A stretch of 33,154 nucleotides of DNA from assembly GCA_043799545.1 (NCBI GenBank), contig JAZDNO010000008.1:1-33154 (forward strand), read 5' to 3'. Both the position numbers and the translations under genes were made by a program. How positions within the stretch are numbered: the stretch's first letter is position 1; each line of letters opens with the position of its first letter. This DNA is from Methanobacteriota archaeon. GTDB lineage: Archaea > Thermoplasmatota > Thermoplasmata > SG8-5 > DAIRED01. Below, one piece after another: positions 17,970 through 26,929 of the stretch. The notes under the pieces are model-generated. The model saw only the letters and a list, made by a program, of their open reading frames with translations. It made no database searches and was not told where the DNA came from.

Positions 17970-20670
17970 TGTTTTTCGGCCTGCGCCCGTATACGAAACG
18001 CCCTCCGACAATTGCCACAGCCGCAATGACACCGACTATGACAATCCCTGGAGGGAATGGCACTGGCGGTGGTGGTGGGACATCGACCGGCAGCACCTGC
18101 ACGCTCACAACCCCCGCCGCGGACCCGCTGAAGTCGCCGTGGCTGACAGTGATGTCAACCGCGAAGTCCTTTTCCTCCGCAACAGTCGCCGGGGCGTTGA
18201 ACACGAGTCTCGCTATGCCGTCGGCGTCGGTCGTCGTGTCGCCGGTTATCGTCGGTCCGGCCTCCGCGGGCTGCGCCTCCACTGTCGCGCCGGGAATCGG
18301 GTTGCCGTCCTGGTCCTTCACAGTGACCGTTATCTGGGTGGTTGAGCCGGCCTCAATAACATCCGTCTCGACCTCGGTCCTCAGCCTGAGGAACGTCGCG
18401 CCCTCCTTCTTGACGATGACAACTGCGACCTTCGACGGCGCGGGGTCGTACTTTATGTCGCCCGTGTTCTTGGTCGCGCCCATCAAGCTGATGGCGACCT
18501 TGGTGTCGTTGGTTGCGTTCGCGGCGACGTACGGCGCTATCCACTTGACCTTGACCTGTCCGTTCGACTGCGTGGTCGCGTTGTACTCCCTCAATCCCTG
18601 CGCGTTCACGAACGTGCCGTTCGCGCACGAAATGTCGACGCGCGCACCCTGCACGGGCAGGCCCGCCTGGTCCTTGACCGTCACTATGACTTCCGATTCG
18701 GATTCGGACGGGACTGGCGATTCGATGGAGAGAGAGGCCTTCAGCCTGTACTCGCTCGGCGGGTGGATGCCCATGACCGACCGCCAAGAGAAGATGGAGC
18801 CTGTCGAGCCGACGGTCCAGTTGACGAACCTGTCTGAGCGGTAGGCCTCGATGTTCGTCCTGAAGTAGAGAACGTTGTACGGCTGGTCGTAAGCGATTGC
18901 GGCCTGCGCGTTCTTGACGTCGTTCTTGCGCTCGACCGGGTCGCCCGTGACCCTCGCGTGGTCGATGATGGTGTCGAACGTCGCGTTCCTGTATCCGGGA
19001 TAGTTCTGGCCGGATTCGGCGGTCGACGAGTGGAAGAACGCGTGCAGGAAGTCCGTCGGGTCCGAGCCAATGCGCCATCCGAGGATGTACATGTCGAAGT
19101 TCCTCTGGTCGATCCTGTTGACGATCGTTCCGAAATCCAATGCGATGGATTCCGCGTTGATGCCGACCTCCTGCATGTTGGTGGCTATCATGATTCCGGC
19201 CTGCGCCCTTATCGGGTCGTAGTCCGCTGGCGGCGTCAATATCTCGATCTTGCCGCCGTCGCCCGATCCGATGAAGCTGCCGTCCGGATTCTTCCACCAG
19301 TTGTTTTTGCCCGCGGGCTTCGTGGGGTCGGTCAGGACGTAATCGTCGGCGGTTCCGTCGATGTTGTCCGCGCCGTAGTCCAGCAGGCGCTTGGCTTGGT
19401 CGGTGTCGAAACCGAACTGTGGCAGGCTGTCGTTGTACCAGTCCGTGTCGATCGCGCTGACGGGGCCGTCCGCCGCTATGCCGAAGTTCTGCAGCAGTCT
19501 CTCGACGATTTCCTTCTTGTTGACGCAGTGCGCCACCGCCTTCCTGAACGTCTTGCCGTAATCCCCCTTCAGCGGGTCGTTGTCGAGGTAGCCGAACGAC
19601 TTTTTCCTCATATTGTACGCCATGTAGAAGAAGCCCCTCTCTGACGACTGCGACAGGCCGATGTTCTCGTCGTTTATTAGGTCCGGCACGTACGTCGGCG
19701 GAATCGACCAGGCAATGTAGTCGATGTCGCCCTGCTGAAGAGCCTGGACGGCCTGCTCGGCCGTCTTGTATATCTTGAATACCATTCCGTCTATCAGCGG
19801 CTGGGGAGTGCTGAAGTGCGTCCTCCACGTGGTTATCTTCGCCTGCTGCCCGGGGGTCCAGCTGTCGAACTTGAACGGACCGCTGCCAATGACCTCCTTG
19901 TTCTCGAAAGCCAGGGCCTTCGCCGTGCTCCAGCATCTCGGGTCCGTCGCCGGGAGGAACGGGTCAGCGTTGTCGTAGTCCTGCCCGCCTATCTTGTTGC
20001 CCCAGATGTGCTGCGGGAGTATGAAAACCGAGAGGGTGTTGCGGATGAAGTCCGCGTAAGGCGTCTGGAGGTAGAACCTCAAGGCCGCGTGAAGGCCGTC
20101 CGCGCTCTCGTAGTATTTCTCGATCCCGAGCCAGTGGGTGTCGGAGTAGTTGGAGCCGGCTTCGCCGCCCTTGTCCATCAGGCACTTGACGCTCGATGCC
20201 CAGTCCGGGTTGAGCGCCTGGATGCCGAACCCGAAGAGGATGTCGTTGATGTCCATGTTGTGGTCGTCGTGGAATTTCACGTTTGTGAAGTTGTAGTAGA
20301 CCGTTATCTGGCCGGCCTTGGCCGCCGGCTTCCAGTCGGTCTTGTTGTCGAAATGGAACAGCGAATCTGCCGTGTAATTCATCGAGTTGGTCGCTATGTA
20401 CGGTATGAATTTCTCGGAGTTTATCAAGTCGACGTTCAGGGGCGTGTCGTAAAGGTATCCCAGAACGTTCCACGTCCACACGTCTCCAGCAACAAGCGGA
20501 TTGAGCGACTTCACGTCGTCCTGCATGGCAATCCTGAGTACAACCTCTTCCCTCGTGTCAGCTGCGGTCGCCTTCTCGGCCGTCAACAGGCCCAAGCTGC
20601 TGGTCAGAAGCGTGAAAACCAGCCCGAAGACAACGATCCTGCTCCAAATCCCAAACCTTTTTTCGTCCAT
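17959..20670 (-). CDS. oppA: Family-5 solute-binding protein (OppA-like) with C-terminal Ig-like domains and TM anchor
   Basis: N-terminal hydrophobic signal, IGSGPFKFDSW, family-5 SBP motifs, two TVKDQxGxPxxGA Ig-like repeats, Pro linker and TM tail. Confidence 0.9.
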   Translation of the reverse strand: MDEKRFGIWSRIVVFGLVFTLLTSSLGLLTAEKATAADTREEVVLRIAMQDDVKSLNPLVAGDVWTWNVLGYLYDTPLNVDLINSEKFIPYIATNSMNYTADSLFHFDNKTDWKPAAKAGQITVYYNFTNVKFHDDHNMDINDILFGFGIQALNPDWASSVKCLMDKGGEAGSNYSDTHWLGIEKYYESADGLHAALRFYLQTPYADFIRNTLSVFILPQHIWGNKIGGQDYDNADPFLPATDPRCWSTAKALAFENKEVIGSGPFKFDSWTPGQQAKITTWRTHFSTPQPLIDGMVFKIYKTAEQAVQALQQGDIDYIAWSIPPTYVPDLINDENIGLSQSSERGFFYMAYNMRKKSFGYLDNDPLKGDYGKTFRKAVAHCVNKKEIVERLLQNFGIAADGPVSAIDTDWYNDSLPQFGFDTDQAKRLLDYGADNIDGTADDYVLTDPTKPAGKNNWWKNPDGSFIGSGDGGKIEILTPPADYDPIRAQAGIMIATNMQEVGINAESIALDFGTIVNRIDQRNFDMYILGWRIGSDPTDFLHAFFHSSTAESGQNYPGYRNATFDTIIDHARVTGDPVERKNDVKNAQAAIAYDQPYNVLYFRTNIEAYRSDRFVNWTVGSTGSIFSWRSVMGIHPPSEYRLKASLSIESPVPSESESEVIVTVKDQAGLPVQGARVDISCANGTFVNAQGLREYNATTQSNGQVKVKWIAPYVAANATNDTKVAISLMGATKNTGDIKYDPAPSKVAVVIVKKEGATFLRLRTEVETDVIEAGSTTQITVTVKDQDGNPIPGATVEAQPAEAGPTITGDTTTDADGIARLVFNAPATVAEEKDFAVDITVSHGDFSGSAAGVVSVQVLPVDVPPPPPVPFPPGIVIVGVIAAVAIVGGRFVYGRRPKNKGS

Positions 20671-20914
20671 ATTTTAGCCCTCCGTTTCGGTTATCGGCAT
20701 ATCACAATCCACAAACCATTCTGGGGTTATGGCAGTAATAGCCTGACCGTATTTAACGTTTTTCTCTGGGTCTGTCCCGCGCAGTTTTATTCCGTCCATG
20801 ATTTATAACCAACATGTGCCGGGCATATAAAACATCATTTGTAAGGCATTTTGTATCATATATAAACATATCGGTAAAGGTTTTTGTACGGCTTGGAAAA
20901 CGCATTCCCCTCGC

Positions 20915-21931
20915 TCAGTTGTTCTGGATGTAGTACTTTGCCCTTCGGCCATCGTGCTCAATCCTCACGACTCCCGTCCGGCCGAGTGAGCGGAGGTTGT
21001 AGCTTATCGTCTGCTGGCTTGCGTCGAGCATATCGGCGATGAAGCGCTGCGACGCCCCGTCGTAGCCTGTTTGTCTTATTATATCTAATATGCTCAGTTG
21101 CAGGTCGCTGAGCTTCTGCCCCTCGTCCTGGGGAACGCTCATCTTGATGGGGTAGAACCTCCTGTACGCGCCGTCGCGCCTCGACTTGATGAACCCCTGG
21201 ACCTCCAGCGTCCGGAGGTGGTGCGAGAGCGTCCCGTTGTTCACTTTGAGCGAGTCCTTGATCATCGAGTAGTGCTCTCCCGGGTTCGACACGATGAAGC
21301 CGTAAATCTGCCCGCGCACGAAGTGCTCCAGCACCTCATCCTTCTTCAACCTGGTGTAGAGCGGGAAGACGAGCCTCGTGATTCCGTACCTCCCAAGCTC
21401 TGTGGAGAATATCGCCCCGATGGATATGAAGCCCAGCGCCACGTACCAGAAATCGTTCGTCTTGGACAGCCCCTCCACCGGTATTGTCGTTATCTCCAGG
21501 TTCGTGTATCCAGCGATGTAGCCTTCCTTGTTGGCGTTGACCACTATCCAGGTTTCGCTCTCCCTGTCGACGTCGGTGGAGACGTATGCGAACCGCGCCC
21601 TTCCGTTGGCATCGGTCCAGGCCCTGGTCTCGTTCGCTTGGCCGGTGCCGAATATCTGCACCGTCACCTCGGCCCCCTCGATGGGGATGTTCCTCCTGTC
21701 CCTGACCTCGACCACGAACGGGGCGCTGTCCCCCGAATCCAGCACAGCGAAGTCGCACGAGGTGTAAACCTTGAGAACGGTGTCGTTCGACGTGCTGACG
21801 TCGTAGTTCGTCGGCCTCTGCGCCGGAGCGGCGGTGGCGGACCCAGGGGACAGAATCAGGAAAGCCGACAGTATGGAAAAGGCAACAGCCGCCGCAAAGG
21901 CGAATCGCATTCCATCAGTCCACCGTGTCAT
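20915..21931 (-). CDS. Membrane-anchored regulator: signal, Ig-like domain, TM, tandem wHTH
   Basis: RGQIYGFIVSNPGEHYSMIKDSLKVNNGTLSHHLRTLE and SQRFIADMLDASQQTISYNLRSL HTHs after a TM segment. Confidence 0.8.
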   Translation of the reverse strand: MTRWTDGMRFAFAAAVAFSILSAFLILSPGSATAAPAQRPTNYDVSTSNDTVLKVYTSCDFAVLDSGDSAPFVVEVRDRRNIPIEGAEVTVQIFGTGQANETRAWTDANGRARFAYVSTDVDRESETWIVVNANKEGYIAGYTNLEITTIPVEGLSKTNDFWYVALGFISIGAIFSTELGRYGITRLVFPLYTRLKKDEVLEHFVRGQIYGFIVSNPGEHYSMIKDSLKVNNGTLSHHLRTLEVQGFIKSRRDGAYRRFYPIKMSVPQDEGQKLSDLQLSILDIIRQTGYDGASQRFIADMLDASQQTISYNLRSLGRTGVVRIEHDGRRAKYYIQNN

Positions 21932-22022
21932 TGTGTGACAATATGAGATTTCGAGTATTTAAGAACATCTGTAAACCCTTTTGTATAAACGCTTTCTTTG
22001 AGTCTCGCCTCTCTGGCTCGGT

Positions 22023-22153
22023 CCTCGCAAAGAAAGCATTTGGAGCAAAGTAACTCGGACCTCGCCTGCTCGGCTCGACCGGCATTTTCACCTCGCAAAG
22101 AAAGCATTTGGAGCAAAGTAACTCGGACCTCGCCTGCTCGGCTCGACCGGCAT
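22023..22153. repeat. Intergenic tandem repeat, 2 x 63 bp identical (period 68)
   Basis: CCTCGCAAAGAAAGCATTTGGAGCAAAG...GACCGGCAT at 22023-22085 and 22091-22153; partial degenerate copy at ~22001-22020. Confidence 0.9.
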
Positions 22154-22248
22154 ACCTCCGCTCGGGAATCGCGGGGGGCCACGGACCGCCGCGCCTGCGA
22201 ACGGTTAATATCCCGCTCCCGCATCAGCGAGCGGAGGCAAAGACAAGC

Positions 22249-23196
22249 GTGCCCGCACATGAAACGGGGGGCAGAACCGTCCGCGCGGACGCCTACCTGC
22301 TAATAACCGCCGCGCTCTGGGGCCTGGCCTTCGTCGCCCAGCGAGAGGCGATGGACTCTGTCGGGCCGTTCCTGTTCAACGGCGTCCGTTTTGCGCTGGG
22401 GGCGCTGGCGTTGCTCCCCCTGATTCTCTGGTTCCGTTCCAGGGATGCCGCCAGGCCGGTGAACGGCGCCCCGGCGGACAGGTCGGCATTGGTGAAAGGC
22501 GGCCTCCTTGCGGGGTGCATCCTGTTCATCGCCGCATCGCTCCAGCAGGCGGGACTCGTCTACACCGGCGCCGCGAACGCCGGGTTCATCACCGGACTCT
22601 ACGTCGTCCTCGTCCCAGTCTTCGGCATCGCGCTCGGAAGGCGCACGGGAACGGGGACGTGGCTCGGCGTCCTGCTGGTCCTTGCGGGGCTGTACCTCCT
22701 CAGCGTCGGGGACGACTTCTCCATGTCGAAGGGGGACCTGCTGGTCCTTCTCGGCGCGGTCTTCTGGGCGCTTCACGTCCTCGTCATCGGCAGGCTCTCG
22801 CCAGGCCTCGACCCGTTCAAGCTCGCGGCCTCGCAGTTCGCGGTCTGCGGGGCGCTCAGCATCGGCGCGGCGCTCGCAGTCGAGGAGCTCAGCGCCTCCG
22901 GGCTCACCGGCGCATGGCTTCCTATTCTCTACGGCGGCTTCGTCTCGGTCGGAATCGCCTACACGCTGCAGGTCGTCGCGCAACGCGACGCGCACCCATC
23001 GCACGCGGCGATAATCCTCAGCCTCGAAGCGGCCTTCGCGGCCCTTGGCGGCTGGCTGCTGCTGGGCGAGGGCCTGGGCACGCGCGGGCTCGCGGGCTGC
23101 GCCCTGATGCTCGCCGGGATGGTCGCGTCGCAGCTGTGGGTCGTACGGAAAGGCGGCGACGGACAAAGCGCGGGCGGGGCCGGAGCGCAAGAATAA
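22249..23196 (+). CDS. EamA/DMT family transporter
   Basis: ALWGLAFVAQR, FLFNGVRF, AGFITGLYVVLVP, GDLLVLLGAVFWALHV; GTG start after GGAGG (22233). Confidence 0.9.
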   Translation: MPAHETGGRTVRADAYLLITAALWGLAFVAQREAMDSVGPFLFNGVRFALGALALLPLILWFRSRDAARPVNGAPADRSALVKGGLLAGCILFIAASLQQAGLVYTGAANAGFITGLYVVLVPVFGIALGRRTGTGTWLGVLLVLAGLYLLSVGDDFSMSKGDLLVLLGAVFWALHVLVIGRLSPGLDPFKLAASQFAVCGALSIGAALAVEELSASGLTGAWLPILYGGFVSVGIAYTLQVVAQRDAHPSHAAIILSLEAAFAALGGWLLLGEGLGTRGLAGCALMLAGMVASQLWVVRKGGDGQSAGGAGAQE

Positions 23197-23224
23197 ATAC
23201 CGTCCAAGCAAATCCCATCCCCGC

Positions 23225-25984
23225 ATGGCCCGAGAGGTTCCGGTTGGGCGCGAGGACGAGCTCAGGAGGCTTATGGGTTCGCTGGCCTCGGCCGCGAAGG
23301 GCAGCGGCTGCGCGGTCGTGGTCTCGGGGGAGCCGGGCATAGGCAAGAGCGTCCTGGCGGCCGAGGTCGCCGGGCGGGCCCGGGAGATGGGGTTCGCAGT
23401 TACCGCCGGCGCTGCCAGCGGGGAATCGATGGAGCCGTTCCTCGTCTTCTCGGGGGCGCTCGATGCGCTTGCTGATGGGCGGCTCTTCGAGCTGGACGAG
23501 CGGACGGGCTTCTCGTCAGTCATGGCGCTGGACACGGCGAGCGGCGAGGTCGTGGCTAGGGCAGGCGGGGTCTCGCCGGGGCCTACGGCCGAGACTTTTT
23601 CCGGCATGCTCGCAGCCGTCCAGAGCTTCATCGGCGACTCGCTGCGGGTGGGGGGCGGCTCGCTCGGGCGTTTGGAGCACGGCGACACCAAGATACTCAT
23701 CGAGCCGTCGGGGGGCATCTCGATTGCCGCAGTCCTGGAAGGGGCCGAGGGCCCGGAGATGCGAGCGGCCCTCAAGGCCGCGGCGGAGAGGATTGCCCGC
23801 GAGCCAGGCGATGTCCAGCGCGCGCTCGACTCTCTCGCGGACGCACGCTTTTCCGTCAAGCGGGGGCTCGATGGGGTCAAGCTTGAGAACGAGCGAATCA
23901 GGATCGCCGGCGCTGTGCTGGACGCCGTCCACGCGGCGGCGGCTGAGAAGCCCCTTTTGCTGGTCCTGGAGGACCTCCACTGGGCGGACGAATCGTCGCT
24001 CTTCGCGCTGCGCTACGTCGCCAGGAACCTGGGCGGCTCGAAGGCCATGCTGCTCGCCACCGCCAGGCCGTCCGAGGGCTGCGGCTTCGCCCGAACCCTG
24101 GCGGCCATGAGGGGGGAAGGCTCCGTCGCGGAGGTCGCTCTCGCTGGCCTCGGCCCCGCAGGCGTGCGCGGCCTGGTCGATTCTTTCGCCAGCCCGAACG
24201 ATTTTCCGTTGGCGTTCGCGGAGCGCCTCCACCGCGACTGCGCTGGCAACCCGTTCTTCGTGTCGGAGCTGCTGAGGCAGATGCTGGCGGAGGGGGCGCT
24301 AACACGGCGCGACGGAAGATACACACTGGCACGCGACGGCTACGCTATGCCCTCGTCCGTCGGCGAGGTCGTGAACCGGAGGCTCGAGTCCCTCGACCCT
24401 GACGCGATGGCGCTCGCCGAGTACGCATCGTGCATGGGGCGCGAGTTCGAGGAGGGCGCGGTCCTCTCCGCGCCGTCGCTGGAGAACCCCCGGGCGTCGC
24501 TGGAGAAACTCCGCGCCGCGGGCATCGTCGCGGTCGAAGGCGGGTCGGGCGCGTTCTCCCACGCGCTCTTCCGGGCGGCCGTCTACGAAAGCATGGCGCC
24601 CCGCTGGCGCTCCGCGCACCACAGGAGCATCGGCGAGCATTACGAGCGTGCGTACGAGGGCAGGCTGGACGAGGCCGCCTACGAGCTCGCGAGGCACTTC
24701 TCCGCGACCGCGGAGCACGCCAAGGCCTACTCGTACAGCGCGATGGCGGCGGAGGCCGCTGAGTCTTCCTTCGCGCCGGAGCAGGCGCTCTCCCTGTACG
24801 CGGAGGCGCTGTCGCGCGTCGGGCGCGTGCCGGAGCCACGCATCGGCGCTTCCGGGCTGCGCGAGCGCATGGGAGACCTGAGGACGCTCCTTGGGGAGTA
24901 CCCGGCGGCGATTGCCGACTACGAGCGGGCGTTCGAAGACGGGGGCGGCGCGGCCGGGAGGGCCGCGCTAAGGAGGAAGTCCGCGCTCGTCCGCTCGCGC
25001 CAGGGGGACCACGCCGGCGCGATGGCCGAATGCCATGCAGGCCTGGAATTGATGGGGAGCGCGGAATGCGGCGAGAAGGCCCGCCTCCTGGGCCTGCGCG
25101 GCTGGACCGAGTACATCATGGGGAGCGCAGACGCGGCGCTCGCGACAATCGGCGAGGCGCTCGGGATTGCCGAGCGGACTGGGGATGCTGAGGAGGTCGC
25201 GATGTGCCACCACCGCATCGGGACGATTCACGGCTCGCGATGCGAGTTCTCGCTCGCGACCGAGGAGCTTTCGCTGGCGCTCTCCGCTCGCGAGGCGCTG
25301 GGCGACCTTCGCGGCATGGCCGCGACGGAGGGAAACCTCGGGATTACCTTCAGGGACATGGGCGACCTGGCCGGGGCGGCGGAGCACCACGGGCGGAGCC
25401 TCGATCTGTTCAGGAAGCTCGGCGACAGGGCGGGCTTGGCGAACGCGCTGAACAACCTGGGCGTCGTGGCCCGGGACAGGGGAGACCTCCGGGGGGCGTA
25501 CGAGCGCCAGGACGAGGCGTTCCGCATCCGCGAGCGCATCGGCGACATGCGCGGCATAGCCATGTCGCACAACAACATGGGGAACATCCTGAAGGACATG
25601 GGGGAGTTCGGGCGGGCCCTGGAGCACCACCGGCGGAGCCTGGCGCTGCGCGAGACTACGGGGGACCGCGGCGGCGCGGCCGCGTCGCATTTCAACATCG
25701 GGGACGCGCTCATGGCGGCAGGGAGGACCGGCGAGGCCCTGTCCGAGCTCCGGGAGTCCATGGCCCTCTGCCGCGAGACGGGCTACGACCACCTGCGCGT
25801 GCACGTCCACTACGGCCTGGCGGAGGCGCTGGAGAAGACTGGCGACGGCGCGGGGGCGCTGGCGGAGGAGGAGGAGGGGCTCGCGCTGGCGCGGAAGATG
25901 GGGCTCGGGGAGGAGACCGCGAAGGGGGAGGCGCTCGCCGCGCGGCTGGACTCTTTGCGCGGGCGGAAGGCCGGCGCTCCGTGA
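23225..25984 (+). CDS. STAND-class AAA ATPase with TPR repeats (paralog 1)
   Basis: VGREDEL, GEPGIGKS Walker A, LLLVLEDLHWAD Walker B, GNPFF, C-terminal TPRs (ANALNNLGVVA, AMSHNNMGNIL). Confidence 0.9.
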   Translation: MAREVPVGREDELRRLMGSLASAAKGSGCAVVVSGEPGIGKSVLAAEVAGRAREMGFAVTAGAASGESMEPFLVFSGALDALADGRLFELDERTGFSSVMALDTASGEVVARAGGVSPGPTAETFSGMLAAVQSFIGDSLRVGGGSLGRLEHGDTKILIEPSGGISIAAVLEGAEGPEMRAALKAAAERIAREPGDVQRALDSLADARFSVKRGLDGVKLENERIRIAGAVLDAVHAAAAEKPLLLVLEDLHWADESSLFALRYVARNLGGSKAMLLATARPSEGCGFARTLAAMRGEGSVAEVALAGLGPAGVRGLVDSFASPNDFPLAFAERLHRDCAGNPFFVSELLRQMLAEGALTRRDGRYTLARDGYAMPSSVGEVVNRRLESLDPDAMALAEYASCMGREFEEGAVLSAPSLENPRASLEKLRAAGIVAVEGGSGAFSHALFRAAVYESMAPRWRSAHHRSIGEHYERAYEGRLDEAAYELARHFSATAEHAKAYSYSAMAAEAAESSFAPEQALSLYAEALSRVGRVPEPRIGASGLRERMGDLRTLLGEYPAAIADYERAFEDGGGAAGRAALRRKSALVRSRQGDHAGAMAECHAGLELMGSAECGEKARLLGLRGWTEYIMGSADAALATIGEALGIAERTGDAEEVAMCHHRIGTIHGSRCEFSLATEELSLALSAREALGDLRGMAATEGNLGITFRDMGDLAGAAEHHGRSLDLFRKLGDRAGLANALNNLGVVARDRGDLRGAYERQDEAFRIRERIGDMRGIAMSHNNMGNILKDMGEFGRALEHHRRSLALRETTGDRGGAAASHFNIGDALMAAGRTGEALSELRESMALCRETGYDHLRVHVHYGLAEALEKTGDGAGALAEEEEGLALARKMGLGEETAKGEALAARLDSLRGRKAGAP

Positions 25985-26045
25985 TTCGCGCCAGGCTCAC
26001 CAGCCCGAATCCGCGCTTCTGTCCGCACCCATAACCAGGTCGCAA

Positions 26046-26831
26046 TCACGACGGCCTCAACGTGCCAACGAAGACCTGCCAGGCGAGCGCGGACTTAGCG
26101 ACGAGGCTCAGCACGACGTACATCCTCTCGCCGTATAGGTAATCCTTCCACTTCCCCACTTTCTTGTACTGGAGCACCATGTTGATTGCGAAGACGTTGA
26201 AGAAGAGCCCCATCGAGAGGAAGATGTAGTAGACGAACGTCGGCGGGCCGCCTCCGTCTCCGCCGGCTCCGAAGAGCCAGATGGCGATGACGACCCACGG
26301 GACCGCGCCCGCGATGCACCCGAAGATGAACGTCGACCAATCGGTCTTCTGGGTGAACTGGTTGTACTTCTCCATCTCCAGCCCGAAGAGAATCATCATC
26401 ATGTTGAGGAAGAACGCCAGCATGAGCGTCCCCACGTCGTACACCCCGACGAGCATCGAGATTACGACAATCATCACGGAAGAGCTGAGCGCGTACTCGT
26501 ACCAGCGGTACTTGTTGATGCCCTTCTTCAGCCCCTCCACGTACTTCGGGTAGAGGGATGTGGCTATGAGGAGATGCGCGGTCGCGGATATGAACAGGAA
26601 GCACGCGACCAGGGGGCCTATCCGCAGGTCGAAGAGAACCTCAGATGCCGGGACTAGGGCCGGCATCCCGCCCGCGCCCGTGCCCGGAGCCGCCTCGAGG
26701 AAGCCCCTCGTGACGGGCAGCGTGAAATCGTTGCTCAGCGCCAGCATTGCCAAACCCTGGACGAGGTGGAATATCCCCATCACTAGGTTGAAACTCTTCA
26801 GCTTCCCGAACTTGATGTCTTCTTCGGACAT
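26046..26831 (-). CDS. Heliorhodopsin (261 aa)
   Basis: FNLVMGIFHLVQ, AHLL, NKYRWYEYALSSS, GCIAGAVPW, YGERMYVVLSLVAKSALAWQ (retinal Lys in SLVAK); true start ATG 26831 inside ORF 26046..27281. Confidence 0.95.
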   Translation of the reverse strand: MSEEDIKFGKLKSFNLVMGIFHLVQGLAMLALSNDFTLPVTRGFLEAAPGTGAGGMPALVPASEVLFDLRIGPLVACFLFISATAHLLIATSLYPKYVEGLKKGINKYRWYEYALSSSVMIVVISMLVGVYDVGTLMLAFFLNMMMILFGLEMEKYNQFTQKTDWSTFIFGCIAGAVPWVVIAIWLFGAGGDGGGPPTFVYYIFLSMGLFFNVFAINMVLQYKKVGKWKDYLYGERMYVVLSLVAKSALAWQVFVGTLRPS

Positions 26832-26929
26832 GAAGGATGCTATTGCGTTGTGATACATATATTGATTCGCTAAAAGGTTAGGGGCCCTCAAGCGCATCAG
26901 ATAAATAACCCGACGCCCATTGCAGCCCG

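Noticed and set aside
22108-22248. N-terminal extension of the EamA ORF
   Set aside because: Starts inside the tandem repeat; GTG 22249 has an SD.
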